DNA of 64,000 nt from a virus. Positions 1 to 9,276 of the stretch are shown here, piece by piece. Each line of letters opens with the position of its first letter. Position 1 is the stretch's first letter. Made by a program: the position numbers and the translations under genes. Under the pieces are notes generated by a model. The model had not been told where the DNA came from. It saw only the letters and a program-made list of their open reading frames with translations, and did no database searches. Location: IMG/VR virus record IMGVR_UViG_3300025117_000002; one strand, given 5' to 3'.

Positions 1-204
1 ATAGGCAATGGTAAGTATGGTTGACTTACCATGCCCCCTTGGTGCCAACACCAACGAACGTGGCCTTGACAATTGAAACTTTGCCCACCGAACATGAAAC
101 TCATGTAATTCATATCCCAATACTACAACTACAAACAGGAAGAAATTATTGAGCAACTGCTTAGCAGTATATTTGACTTTGACCTTTTCGGCTGTCTCTG
201 ACAT
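1..204 (-). CDS. terL: Terminase large subunit, N-terminal fragment (gene continues past the left edge)
   Basis: Not in the ORF track because there is no stop inside the window. Minus-strand ATG at 204-202, open to position 1 (68 codons): MSETAEKVKVKYTAKQLLNNFFLFVVVVLGYELHEFHVRWAKFQLSRPRSLVLAPRGHGKSTILTIAY. The LAPRGHGKST P-loop preceded by H..W..F is the usual N-terminal ATPase signature of phage TerL. Confidence 0.7.
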   Translation of the reverse strand, partial: MSETAEKVKVKYTAKQLLNNFFLFVVVVLGYELHEFHVRWAKFQLSRPRSLVLAPRGHGKSTILTIAY

Positions 205-209
205 TTAAT

Positions 210-407
210 TCAACTGGCAAACGGAGTTTGTTCAATCTCTAATTCCATAGCATCTAACCTACACCTCTCTACTGGTCTGCTAGTAAAGGTGCCATCCTCA
301 CATACAAGAATAAAATATGGAACTTTTTCTATTACTACTGTAGCAAATATTCTTCCTTTGCGTGACTCTTTTCTATCAAAAAACACAACCGTAGGTTGTT
401 TAAGCAT
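210..407 (-). CDS. Hypothetical protein (65 aa)
   Basis: ORF-track frame on the same strand as all neighbours. Its stop is 5 nt before the terL start. No recognisable motif. Confidence 0.4.
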   Translation of the reverse strand: MLKQPTVVFFDRKESRKGRIFATVVIEKVPYFILVCEDGTFTSRPVERCRLDAMELEIEQTPFAS

Positions 408-424
408 CGGACTGAACCGTCCTC

Positions 425-685
425 TCAGTATCTACCCCTGCTCAATTTAGCGGCTAATACCGCTTCAGGAGTTATTCCTCCTAATGCTGCAACACATTCC
501 ACAAACTCAGCATGCAACTGTGGAACAGTAAAAACAGGATGACCTACTTTGGTGTATCTCTGCAATACCACAAGATCACTAATAGTCATCCTACGCAATT
601 TGTACTTCCATACTTCTATTTCTTCTTCATCCAGTGGTTCTACTTGATACTGCGAGGTGCCACCCCATCGAACATCGTATACCAT
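425..685 (-). CDS. Hypothetical protein (86 aa)
   Basis: ORF-track frame, packed end to end with flanking minus-strand genes. No recognisable motif. Confidence 0.4.
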   Translation of the reverse strand: MVYDVRWGGTSQYQVEPLDEEEIEVWKYKLRRMTISDLVVLQRYTKVGHPVFTVPQLHAEFVECVAALGGITPEAVLAAKLSRGRY

Positions 686-688
686 TAG

Positions 689-952
689 TTATTTCACCTT
701 CTCCCTTGACAAAGAATTGACAGCTCTTCTTGCCAATGCTTTGTCCTGTTCTGTTGCGTCCACACTCAGCAGATACTCAAGAGCTTCCTTTAGAGAGTCA
801 CGTTCTCTCTTCAGGAGCTTAATTACCTCTACTGGATCACCTAGTCTAGTTTCAAGTCCAGCTGCATCCAACATGTTTACAACAACTCTATTAGAATTCC
901 TGTTAATACGCTGCAATTCGTCAATCTTAAGCTGACACGCTGTACAAGTCAT
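689..952 (-). CDS. Hypothetical protein (87 aa)
   Basis: ORF-track frame. An AAAAGGGG SD-like sequence lies about 10 nt upstream of the ATG. Coiled-coil-like composition. Confidence 0.4.
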   Translation of the reverse strand: MTCTACQLKIDELQRINRNSNRVVVNMLDAAGLETRLGDPVEVIKLLKRERDSLKEALEYLLSVDATEQDKALARRAVNSLSREKVK

Positions 953-1023
953 ATTTTTGTTACCCCTTTTAAGATACTCCTGTAAGGCGTACTATTCTTA
1001 CACAGGGTATTACAATAACTACT

Positions 1024-1341
1024 TTATTGTACCAATTCAAGATTACTGGTTATTACAGTAACCAATTGCAGATGAATTTCATTCCCTGCCTCGGAAGTTT
1101 CCATTCTGACAGCATATTCCAACTTATCCTTCTTGAATATCTGAAGCTCATCTTTGACACTTATAATATAAATGTCGTTAGCTTTCATCTGGTCATCTAC
1201 AGTAGATGCGTCAGTAAAATCAATACCTAAAAAAGCAAGACACTTTGTAGCCTCTTCCTGCAACATCTCACCTACAGTAGCCTGTATACGCTTCTCAAAA
1301 TCTTCTTCATCCTTCGTTATTGATCGGTACTTTGTCTCCAT
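1024..1341 (-). CDS. Hypothetical acidic protein (105 aa)
   Basis: ORF-track frame on the same strand. It overlaps the end of the upstream gene by 35 nt. Confidence 0.4.
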   Translation of the reverse strand: METKYRSITKDEEDFEKRIQATVGEMLQEEATKCLAFLGIDFTDASTVDDQMKANDIYIISVKDELQIFKKDKLEYAVRMETSEAGNEIHLQLVTVITSNLELVQ

Positions 1342-2119
1342 CTCCAGGCTCCTTTATCTCTTTGTAATCAGCATCTGTAATCTCTATAGTGCTAAGCATC
1401 ACCAAGCTTCTAGCCAGAACAGGATCAAGCTCAAGCACTACAGCTAACTCCTCAGTATCCCCACCTCCTCCACTACCTTTGATATTCTCAGTGGATTGCC
1501 CCAAGATCAACCTAGTTGCTTTTATAATACTAATCTTAGCGTTAACAAGATTATTAATATCCTGAGAACGCATCGGTAATATCTTACCATCTGACCCAGG
1601 CTCTGCTGCTCTAGTCAAATTATGTCTAATAGCAATATTCAGCTTCTCTAAGTCCTCCAAATCTGACTTATGTATCCTTGCCAGAAACTGAGCTAAGTGA
1701 GAAGCTATAGCCGGTCCTACTATCTCTTGTGCCACTCCTACCAGCTCATCATCAGAAGCTTCTTCCTCGGATACATCCCCATCTGTACGTATCTTGTCTA
1801 TTATGTCTTGTTTGAACTGCTCCTGAAAAGCAGATAGTTCCTCTTCCCACTTCTGTTCATGCCTCCAATTAATAACACTTCGCCTGGAAGCTCCTACAGC
1901 CTTGCCTATAGCCTCATCAGAGATATTACCGCCTTTAGACAAATACAAAGCCTTGGCTTTCATCTGCTTCTCAACAGCAAATCGCTTGCAGCTTGCTCCA
2001 GGTGCAAAAGGAGTAAGGTTTTCCTTGCCTCCCTTCTTCTTACGTGCCGTAATCTTCTCTTCAGGCTTAACCAAATTCTTTGCCTTGCGCTCTATATTAG
2101 CAGGATCGTTTTTGGCCAT
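1307..2119 (-). CDS. HTH DNA-binding protein; possible small terminase subunit
   Basis: 270 aa with a basic N-terminus, an HTH-like segment (GNISDEAIGKAVGASRRSVINWRHEQKWEEE) and an acidic C-terminal half. It lies a few genes upstream of terL. The small-terminase role is only a positional guess. Confidence 0.35.
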   Translation of the reverse strand: MAKNDPANIERKAKNLVKPEEKITARKKKGGKENLTPFAPGASCKRFAVEKQMKAKALYLSKGGNISDEAIGKAVGASRRSVINWRHEQKWEEELSAFQEQFKQDIIDKIRTDGDVSEEEASDDELVGVAQEIVGPAIASHLAQFLARIHKSDLEDLEKLNIAIRHNLTRAAEPGSDGKILPMRSQDINNLVNAKISIIKATRLILGQSTENIKGSGGGGDTEELAVVLELDPVLARSLVMLSTIEITDADYKEIKEPGDGDKVPINNEG

Positions 2120-2480
2120 TTCGTTTGGCTCTCCTCTCCTCCTGCTTCAACATCTCCAACATGCAACCTTGTGCATTGAATATAATAGCACAAAGCAATT
2201 CTATTTTAGTTACATGCTCTCCAGAATCTCTATCTACTACTACAGCTCCTCTATGTGCTCTCCACAGATCTATAGTGTGCCGTATCAAAGACTTTACATA
2301 CTCAGCGATAGGCATACCCTTTTGCCAGTTATCTGAGTCTCGTAACTGACCATCAGCTTGTCTGCGATGCTCATGCATGTATGCACCATACTCATGCAGC
2401 ACAGCTGGTGACAGAAACCCCTCGTAATCAAACTTGTTTATGTTACTGTTGCGTGTTGCTCCTGTCTTGAACTGTCTCAT
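2097..2480 (-). CDS. dATP/dGTP diphosphohydrolase-like protein
   Basis: 127 aa. RQFKTGATRNSNINKFDYEGFLSPAVLHEYGAYMHEH...DSDNWQKGMPIAEYVKSLIRHTIDLW resembles, from memory, the N-terminal domain of phage dATP/dGTP pyrophosphohydrolases (F.TGA.R....K.dy....SP......y...H......NW.KG.p). Confidence 0.45.
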   Translation of the reverse strand: MRQFKTGATRNSNINKFDYEGFLSPAVLHEYGAYMHEHRRQADGQLRDSDNWQKGMPIAEYVKSLIRHTIDLWRAHRGAVVVDRDSGEHVTKIELLCAIIFNAQGCMLEMLKQEERRAKRNGQKRSC

Positions 2481-3016
2481 ACCGGGAACCCTTTCATGTT
2501 TCGATATACGTCCTTCCAGTCATATGCTGCCAGGAACTCATTGTAATCAACTATCAACACGCTTCGCTTACTATCAAAGTACAGTACTGCCTTTATCTTC
2601 TGAGGTAGTACCAGAAAAGCTAACACACTATCCAGTATCAACAGTGTGTTCTGTCTGCTTCCCTTTGCTATCAACATAGGTCTTACTTTGGCTTTGTGTG
2701 CCTCGGTATGTACCTGCTCCCACCATGCCCACAATGGATTCTTTTCGTTATGAAAAGCTTTTGTGATAGATACTTCCTGGTAGTTTTTACACTCAACACA
2801 GAAGACAGATAGAAACTCCTTTACTCTCGGTGACTCTTTAGCTATGCCTAGATCACCAAACCCACACGTTGACTTACCTGTAGATGCTCTCCCCCCTGAT
2901 AAAGCTGTGCGCCACAGCAAATCCTTATCAGCCCCTGCACTGATCCACAAGGAAAGCTCTTTAGCTATTTGCCTCTCAAAAGCACTTCCTTTGGCCTTTC
3001 CAGCCCCTTTTTGCAT
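2477..3016 (-). CDS. PD-(D/E)xK nuclease, Hjc-like Holliday junction resolvase candidate
   Basis: 179 aa. KGSAFERQIAKEL...RTALSGG...FGDLGIA...VFCVECKNY gives the E...D...E.K arrangement of archaeal-type resolvases. ATGA overlap with the downstream gene. Confidence 0.5.
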   Translation of the reverse strand: MQKGAGKAKGSAFERQIAKELSLWISAGADKDLLWRTALSGGRASTGKSTCGFGDLGIAKESPRVKEFLSVFCVECKNYQEVSITKAFHNEKNPLWAWWEQVHTEAHKAKVRPMLIAKGSRQNTLLILDSVLAFLVLPQKIKAVLYFDSKRSVLIVDYNEFLAAYDWKDVYRNMKGFPV

Positions 3017-3378
3017 TAAATTGTCTCCTTGAATATGTTAATTATAATATACTCTTCAATCTGCTTTTCCAAAATCATCTGTTTGACTCTCTCCTTAGCT
3101 TCAAGGTAATGTCTATTATAAGCCTCTTCAAGCACTCGCATATCAGCTGTTACTTGGCCGGAAATCATCTCATCAATGTCATCATCCCAGGCTGTATAGC
3201 AAAATACCCCCGGTTTATCTATTTTCCATGTCACTATACCATGTTTACGCCTCCGTTCCTTTGGGATAAAAGCATTTATGGGAATAACAGTAGACTCCTT
3301 TCCAAGAAACAAAAGTATTTCTCTGAATCTTGCAATCAAGCCTGTATTAGACTTATTCTTAGCGTAATTATAACTCAT
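3016..3378 (-). CDS. Hypothetical protein (120 aa)
   Basis: ORF-track frame with a 1-nt overlap with the neighbour. No motif recognised. Confidence 0.4.
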   Translation of the reverse strand: MSYNYAKNKSNTGLIARFREILLFLGKESTVIPINAFIPKERRRKHGIVTWKIDKPGVFCYTAWDDDIDEMISGQVTADMRVLEEAYNRHYLEAKERVKQMILEKQIEEYIIINIFKETI

Positions 3379-3589
3379 TCGGTACTACCTCCGTAAAAGG
3401 TTCATACTCAACCCACCAGCGAGGATGAAACTCTTTCATAAACTTAACAAATTTTTTATACTCTTCCGCTGGTAACGGTCTACATTGTGGATCTTTATAC
3501 GGCATCCAGGTACAAGGAAGATATAGTACATATAGAAACTCCTCCTTAGGAGGAACTTCTATTATCTTCGCTTTACGTATAGGTGTCAT
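3368..3589 (-). CDS. Hypothetical protein (73 aa)
   Basis: ORF-track frame overlapping both neighbours by a few nt (coupled). Confidence 0.4.
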   Translation of the reverse strand: MTPIRKAKIIEVPPKEEFLYVLYLPCTWMPYKDPQCRPLPAEEYKKFVKFMKEFHPRWWVEYEPFTEVVPNEL

Positions 3590-3906
3590 TTAGTTTTAGG
3601 TTCCCACTTGTGAGCTTCCCCTTTATGTATTGTACGAAGCTCACCATCTACAATAACTAGGATAAAACTACCTGTTTTGTAATACTCTGCTTCCTCACAA
3701 TTATGATTAAGCAAAGTCACAACAATATACTTCTTCTTAAGAACCACAGGCTCTGCACTAGCATAAAGCTCAGTAAGTTTCTCTATTACTTTATCAACAC
3801 CATACTTGGCTCCTGTTCTTTCCTTAAACCTGAGTATCGCATGTGCGCTGATACCTTTAAGCTCAGGATTCATAACTACCCCATAATATTGCCACAATAC
3901 ATACAC
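3586..3906 (-). CDS. Hypothetical protein (106 aa)
   Basis: ORF-track frame with an ATGA-type overlap with the downstream gene. Confidence 0.4.
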   Translation of the reverse strand: MYVLWQYYGVVMNPELKGISAHAILRFKERTGAKYGVDKVIEKLTELYASAEPVVLKKKYIVVTLLNHNCEEAEYYKTGSFILVIVDGELRTIHKGEAHKWEPKTK

Positions 3907-4109
3907 TCAGTAACTGTGGTATCCACCCAGGCACCGCAAAGTCTGCACCGCTTAGGATTAGCTTTTTTCTTCTCAAAAACTCCAGCCTCTGGTTTCGGAG
4001 GCTCCTCTTCCAGCTCTACAGTCCTAATTACTTTTTTATGCCTTTTGGTTCCCATTGAGATTCCTCGGATATATATCCATATTAAGTACAGGGTAAGTTC
4101 TAGCTCCAC
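3876..4109 (-). CDS. Small zinc-ribbon protein; true start probably the internal ATG at 4055
   Basis: C-terminal CRLCGAWVDTTVTECMYCG gives two CxxC pairs. The track start is a GTG. The internal MGTKRHKK start has a GAGGAA SD about 7 nt upstream. Confidence 0.45.
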   Translation of the reverse strand: MELELTLYLIWIYIRGISMGTKRHKKVIRTVELEEEPPKPEAGVFEKKKANPKRCRLCGAWVDTTVTECMYCGNIMG

Positions 4110-4195
4110 ATCTATAACAGATGGCTAGGCTCAAATCATCCATTATACGAAGGTATCCCCTTTTACATCGTGGGCATAAGGTACCCCTTTTAACT

Positions 4196-5809
4196 TCAAA
4201 GTAATAAGCCATTCAGTTTACTCCTACCAGATCGTTTCTCTATCCAGTACACTGTATTGAACAAAGCAGAAGACTTCAATTCATCGTTGTGTGACACAAC
4301 AAAAACAGTCATCTCTTTGGCTTGATCTTGCAATACCCCAAATACCGCTTCTATATTCTCAGGCTCCAATGCATCACAAGCTTCATCCAAAATAGAGAGG
4401 TTAATAGCAGATCTAAGTCTTTCTCTTGCCAGCTGCTGAATAGCAAACATAAATGACAAGTTAATTATTCTTCGCTCTCCATTGGAACTATCTTTATATG
4501 AGTTACCTCCTTCTGAATTATACACTCTAATAGAGAACTTATCTCTCACATCACCAGATTTGAGAGTTTTATTAGGTAACAATTTAACCGATATTACACC
4601 TTCTGATATTTTATTACAGTAATACTCAAGATGTTTATTCAGTGAAGGTATAATAGCATCGAACAGAGAAGCTTTAATACCTTTAGGCCCAAATCCATCA
4701 GCAAAGAATTCAGCTACTTCAGCTTTGTCCTGATACTCCGCAAGCAATGATCTAGTTTCTACCAAAAGAATCTCAGCTTCCACCTTCTTCTGTCTTGCTC
4801 GTTCAATCATCTTATCATAGGAATTAGTACTTTCCGACAGCTCAACAATTCTCTCCCCTATTTCCTGCTGCTCCCTTTGGTTATAGTCCAAAGTACGTGC
4901 TCTAACTGCTATCGCTTTACGCAGATCTTGAAGTTCCTCTAGTAAATCATCCGTCTCTTCTTGGTAAACGAAAGGTAAACTGCTGCCACAGTATTCACAC
5001 ACGTCCTCGGCTTTTTCTGACTGTAATTTATCTAGTCTACTACGCAATTCGTCTATTTGATTCCTGTCCCTCTCCTGCTCCTTGTTTGCTTGCTTCTCCT
5101 TTATTAGACATTCCTTGAAACTTGCTTTCTCCTGATCGATACTCTGCTGTCGCTTACACTCAAAATCTTTGCAGTCTTCCATGTAAACCTGCATGTCATC
5201 GTTAAGCTCAGCTATCCGTGACTCAGTAAGCTCAATCTCCCTATTATACTGCATAATCTTTTGGGAGAACTCACTTATATCCTTCTTAACTACTTTGAGA
5301 GCTTCAGCGTACACTGTAGAATCAATAAAAGCTTCTATTAGATTCTTCTGTTCAGTGTCATCAAGAGTAACAAACGTTTTGCTTATCCCTTGTGCAAACA
5401 CTACAGAATGAGAGAACAACTTAGCATCCATACCCAACAAGCTATTAATATGCTCTTGGGTACTGTCAGTATCCCAACCACCCAAGTCAACACCATCAGG
5501 CATCTGCTTGAAGTACAGATTATTTTTATGCTCTCCATGCTTTCTGTAGCGTTCTACTACTATCTCACCATATGTTTCCTCTATTACAAGCTTAACGCTA
5601 CAATCCTTACCGGCAAAGGTACTAACTACATCATCACCCTTCTGACCCTTCAAAGTCACACCAAACAGACACCAAGTAAGAGCATCCCATATAGATGACT
5701 TACCGGCACCTACTTTGCCTAACAACAAAACAAGACCACCGGAATTTAAATTAAACTCCAAGTGGTCCCATCTTTGAAAGTTATTCAATTCAAGAGTTTT
5801 GAGTATCAT
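4196..5809 (-). CDS. sbcC: SbcC/Rad50-like recombination ATPase (T4 gp46 class)
   Basis: Walker A is GKVGAGKSSIWDALTWCLFG. There is a long central coiled coil with a CxxC zinc hook (CEYCGS), signature SNGERRIINLSF and Walker B LSILDEACDALE. Confidence 0.85.
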   Translation of the reverse strand: MILKTLELNNFQRWDHLEFNLNSGGLVLLLGKVGAGKSSIWDALTWCLFGVTLKGQKGDDVVSTFAGKDCSVKLVIEETYGEIVVERYRKHGEHKNNLYFKQMPDGVDLGGWDTDSTQEHINSLLGMDAKLFSHSVVFAQGISKTFVTLDDTEQKNLIEAFIDSTVYAEALKVVKKDISEFSQKIMQYNREIELTESRIAELNDDMQVYMEDCKDFECKRQQSIDQEKASFKECLIKEKQANKEQERDRNQIDELRSRLDKLQSEKAEDVCEYCGSSLPFVYQEETDDLLEELQDLRKAIAVRARTLDYNQREQQEIGERIVELSESTNSYDKMIERARQKKVEAEILLVETRSLLAEYQDKAEVAEFFADGFGPKGIKASLFDAIIPSLNKHLEYYCNKISEGVISVKLLPNKTLKSGDVRDKFSIRVYNSEGGNSYKDSSNGERRIINLSFMFAIQQLARERLRSAINLSILDEACDALEPENIEAVFGVLQDQAKEMTVFVVSHNDELKSSALFNTVYWIEKRSGRSKLNGLLL

Positions 5810-5810
5810 A

Positions 5811-6140
5811 TTAGATGTGATATGTCATAGAGACACCAACAAATGTCTTGGCTTGCTCTTTCAAGAAAGCATTGATCTTTGTCAAACGCAACCCACAGTC
5901 GTTAATAAAGGCAATCTTGCTTGAAAAGAACTCCTCTTCATACATGCTGCCTACTCGCATCACTTCAAAATTGGTAGGAGTTATAAGCTCCTGACCATCA
6001 TCTGACAGAAAAACAGCTCTACCTTTCTTGTCTGCTGTGTACATCGTAGGAAGTTGCTGTGCTCTCAAGGCTTTTATACTATCAACCCTGACATAGTTCT
6101 CCCCATTCTTAACTACATTGGTTGTTTTAATGTGAATCAT
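5811..6140 (-). CDS. Hypothetical protein (109 aa) between the SbcD and SbcC genes
   Basis: ORF-track frame, 1 nt from the sbcC start. No motif recognised. Confidence 0.4.
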   Translation of the reverse strand: MIHIKTTNVVKNGENYVRVDSIKALRAQQLPTMYTADKKGRAVFLSDDGQELITPTNFEVMRVGSMYEEEFFSSKIAFINDCGLRLTKINAFLKEQAKTFVGVSMTYHI

Positions 6141-6146
6141 GACTTA

Positions 6147-6371
6147 TTATCCTTTCTGTCCACCTCGCGGTTTACGCTCCCGGCTATTTTTGTGAGTTTG
6201 TCGTTTGTTCATCGGAACTGTACTCAGTGTGGCATTACAACAGTTTGAGCGCACCCCTGATTTATAGTAGTGCTTCACTTCCATCTCTTTGGCTCTGCCA
6301 CACTCATTGCAGATCACTTTGATGCTGCCATGCTGATTCAACAACTGCTTGCTATTAGTCCCTTCAGCCAT
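6147..6371 (-). CDS. Small zinc-ribbon protein (74 aa)
   Basis: CNECGRAKE...CCNATL cysteine pairs and a basic C-terminus. A strong GGAGAGGAGG SD lies upstream. Confidence 0.45.
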   Translation of the reverse strand: MAEGTNSKQLLNQHGSIKVICNECGRAKEMEVKHYYKSGVRSNCCNATLSTVPMNKRQTHKNSRERKPRGGQKG

Positions 6372-6406
6372 CTGTATTCACCTCCTCTCCTTTCTGTATA
6401 CCCCTT

Positions 6407-7444
6407 TTAATCGACTATATTTGCCTTGAGCCTATCAAATACTGAGGTAGCATACTTTAAGTATCGCTCAGGCTCTGCAATATTCTTATACCCCAAATAA
6501 GCATCCACCACCTCAATAGGCTTCTGAGCCTGTTCTACAGCTCTTAGCCGTGGTGCAAACTCCACATCTTTCACAACACGTTCTATTAGAACGTTGTCTA
6601 AATCCTCTGGAAAATCCAGCTCAGAGTTAAGCTTAAGCTTATAAAAATACTCAGGCACATAATCCTTCAAAAACCTAACTAAGCCCTTCTTATTTGGTAT
6701 TACATACTCTACAAACCAAGGAAACTCCGTAGGCACAAAAGTAGCCTTATATTTATCAGAATTGAATGTAATATCCCAAAAGCCCTTATCCTGTCCAACA
6801 TCTGCAAAAGAATGATGTAGCAGACTACCGACATAAAATACATTATTAGCCAGCAACTGAGGCTTGTGATAATGACCCATAGCTACAAACTGGAAAGCCT
6901 CTGGCTGTATCTCTTCCAGGGTTATCTCATAACCAGAAGACGAGGTGTAACCTTTGACAAGCTCAGCCCCAGCCACAGGAATATGAGCAAAAACTTGCTT
7001 TACCTTTCTGACTCTACACTCTTGAAACCACTCGACAACCTCTGCTCTGTAGTCACTATAAGGCATATACGCGATAGAATCCATAATAGTAAAATCTTCT
7101 ATTGCATCTGCATACTCTTCAACACCTCTAACAGATGTAATAGAACCTGACTTGTTAGCTTGATCATGATTACCAGCAACAATAATAACATCAAGACCTA
7201 CATTCTTCATGGTCTTTATAGAGTCACGCACTATATTATTTACTTCTACTGACAGTATTCCCCTAGAGTGAAATAGATCACCTACTATAATTACATACTT
7301 AATCTGATTAGTAACAGCATAGTCTCTTGCTTGTCCTAGACAAGAGACTATGTGCCTCACTCTATTGGTACCGAACTCTGTATCTGGATGGGAAAACTGA
7401 GAGTGCTTATGTGCATGTACATCAGCCAGAACTACTACTCTCAC
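6407..7444 (-). CDS. sbcD: SbcD/Mre11-like nuclease (T4 gp47 class)
   Basis: Calcineurin-like phosphoesterase motifs appear in order: VVLADVHAH, VGDLFHSR, AGNHDQ, MGHYHKP. Confidence 0.85.
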   Translation of the reverse strand: MRVVVLADVHAHKHSQFSHPDTEFGTNRVRHIVSCLGQARDYAVTNQIKYVIIVGDLFHSRGILSVEVNNIVRDSIKTMKNVGLDVIIVAGNHDQANKSGSITSVRGVEEYADAIEDFTIMDSIAYMPYSDYRAEVVEWFQECRVRKVKQVFAHIPVAGAELVKGYTSSSGYEITLEEIQPEAFQFVAMGHYHKPQLLANNVFYVGSLLHHSFADVGQDKGFWDITFNSDKYKATFVPTEFPWFVEYVIPNKKGLVRFLKDYVPEYFYKLKLNSELDFPEDLDNVLIERVVKDVEFAPRLRAVEQAQKPIEVVDAYLGYKNIAEPERYLKYATSVFDRLKANIVD

Positions 7445-7785
7445 GCTTTAGCCTTTCTAATCGGAAGTTTAGGTGCTACCGGGAGTTTCTTCTTTGGATT
7501 GTGTTTGGCTCTATCTTTGAACCATTCACCGTTAGGTTCTATTGCGTAGTCAGGATTATGTTCTTTTATTAAAGGCTTAACTACAGTAAACTCAACTTTC
7601 TTACCTTCATACTTCAGTACTACCACGGCACCCTTACGTTTTGAGCTATTACGAAACATCTGTGCCCTGTTCTCCACCTCTTCTACAGTGCCATCCATTA
7701 TGCCTACCATTTCTCCATCCTCATAAATACGCGCATTGCTTACTTTGCGTGTACGATCTTCGGACTTCACAGAAGATTTAGCCAT
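7441..7785 (-). CDS. Hypothetical basic protein (114 aa)
   Basis: ORF-track frame with an ATGA overlap with sbcD. Lys-rich tail. Confidence 0.4.
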   Translation of the reverse strand: MAKSSVKSEDRTRKVSNARIYEDGEMVGIMDGTVEEVENRAQMFRNSSKRKGAVVVLKYEGKKVEFTVVKPLIKEHNPDYAIEPNGEWFKDRAKHNPKKKLPVAPKLPIRKAKA

Positions 7786-7799
7786 GATAGATTCCCCTT

Positions 7800-8057
7800 T
7801 CAGTTGTCCTCTTCATAGAGGATTTCGTATGAATTATCCTCGGTGTTTACTGCTCTCTGATATATCGGAACTTTCCTCAGTGCCAACTGGAAGCACTCCA
7901 GGGTTTTACAGCCCTTCACACATTTTGGTATCTCATTAGTTTTACAAATTAAGCAAGGACTCTTAAGCGTTCTATTAAATAATCTCCTATGCTTAGCTAC
8001 ATCCTGCTGAATCTTCTCCTCAGAATCGATAACAGGTGCTTTGGCTTTTCTTCGCAT
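7800..8057 (-). CDS. Small Cys-rich protein (85 aa)
   Basis: CLICKTNEIPKCVKGCKTLEC cysteine cluster. Confidence 0.4.
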   Translation of the reverse strand: MRRKAKAPVIDSEEKIQQDVAKHRRLFNRTLKSPCLICKTNEIPKCVKGCKTLECFQLALRKVPIYQRAVNTEDNSYEILYEEDN

Positions 8058-8059
8058 GA

Positions 8060-8959
8060 CTACCTCAAATTCCTGAACGGCAGCATAAAAGCATGTAAGT
8101 TCTTCATATAACTAAAGAACTCGTATTTCATGAATGTGGCTTTCAATTCCTTCTCATCGAACCTTCCCTCATATTTTATATTATATAACTCTTCGTTGAT
8201 AAATTCAACTGAATAACGCAAATCCATCAACAAAAAATTACGAGCTACGATCTTAGTGCTACTGGCAAGTGCTTGCATTAACTTGCCTTTTTGTCCCTTA
8301 GCAACATTAATAATCTCTCTAGCTGAACCATGTTCTAATATAAGAGGTAGAACCCTACCTTCTTTAAAACCTGGAACCCCAGGTATTTCATCAGACTCAT
8401 CGCCCATTAGCACCCTGGCTTGCAAATACATATCAGGCGTAGGTACTCCAGTTAGCTCCTTAAAATTATCCAGGGTGTAGTACTTCAGAGCCATAGGACG
8501 ATAAACATGCACCTTCTTAGACACCAGTTGCAGGAAATCCTTGTCCTCAGACAGTATGACTACATCATCATCGATCTGCTTTGCTAATAGAGCAATTATA
8601 TCATCAGCCTCTATATTAGACCCTTTGTATTGATGGACTCCTGTAGCCATGATAATAGAGAACAAAGCTTTAACTTGATGATTGAACTGAGCATACTCCT
8701 CTTGCTCGGCAGGAGTATGCTCTTTCACCTTCTCTGCACGTTTCTTTTTGTAATCAGGGAAAATTATACGACGAGCCATAGGACGATCATCCCACGTCAA
8801 ATGAACTTCTGAGGCTTTGAACTTTTCTATATTACTTCGTAAAGATCGAAGCATCCCAAAGATAGTAGAGACATGCTCCCCTTTTGAAGTTGTCAACAGA
8901 GGAGTGCCTTTCCATATTCGTTTGGCAAGGTTATTGCCATCAACTATTAGAGTTGCCAC
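8060..8959 (-). CDS. 5'-3' exonuclease / flap endonuclease (Pol I N-terminal domain family, phage RNase H)
   Basis: LIVDGNNLAKRIW, SEDKDFLQLV and GDESDEIPGVPGF are the PIN-like and H3TH motifs of FEN-family exonucleases. Confidence 0.85.
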   Translation of the reverse strand: MATLIVDGNNLAKRIWKGTPLLTTSKGEHVSTIFGMLRSLRSNIEKFKASEVHLTWDDRPMARRIIFPDYKKKRAEKVKEHTPAEQEEYAQFNHQVKALFSIIMATGVHQYKGSNIEADDIIALLAKQIDDDVVILSEDKDFLQLVSKKVHVYRPMALKYYTLDNFKELTGVPTPDMYLQARVLMGDESDEIPGVPGFKEGRVLPLILEHGSAREIINVAKGQKGKLMQALASSTKIVARNFLLMDLRYSVEFINEELYNIKYEGRFDEKELKATFMKYEFFSYMKNLHAFMLPFRNLR

Positions 8960-9273
8960 GGATCAATCCCTAGCACTCTCAAAGCCGCTATGCTATAGTC
9001 TCCAGGCAGCTGAACTGGCACCTTAGAATTAGAATGATCCTTTTGTGTCATTCTATTATATAATCTACGTTGCTGCAAAGAACCATACCACCTCAAAAAC
9101 TTTGTCTTAAGAGTAGCGTCCCAGTTCTTTGCAATATACTGCATTACATAATGATCTTGAGTCATATTTTCAAACGGATCAAATAACCCTTGCCCCTCAA
9201 GATACTTACCTTGTGACAGTTCTGTTCTCAGAACCTCTCTGGCTATTGCATCTATCACAGCTCGTCTATTCAT
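8947..9273 (-). CDS. Hypothetical protein (108 aa)
   Basis: ORF-track frame overlapping the FEN start. Confidence 0.4.
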   Translation of the reverse strand: MNRRAVIDAIAREVLRTELSQGKYLEGQGLFDPFENMTQDHYVMQYIAKNWDATLKTKFLRWYGSLQQRRLYNRMTQKDHSNSKVPVQLPGDYSIAALRVLGIDPWQL

Positions 9274-9276
9274 ACA

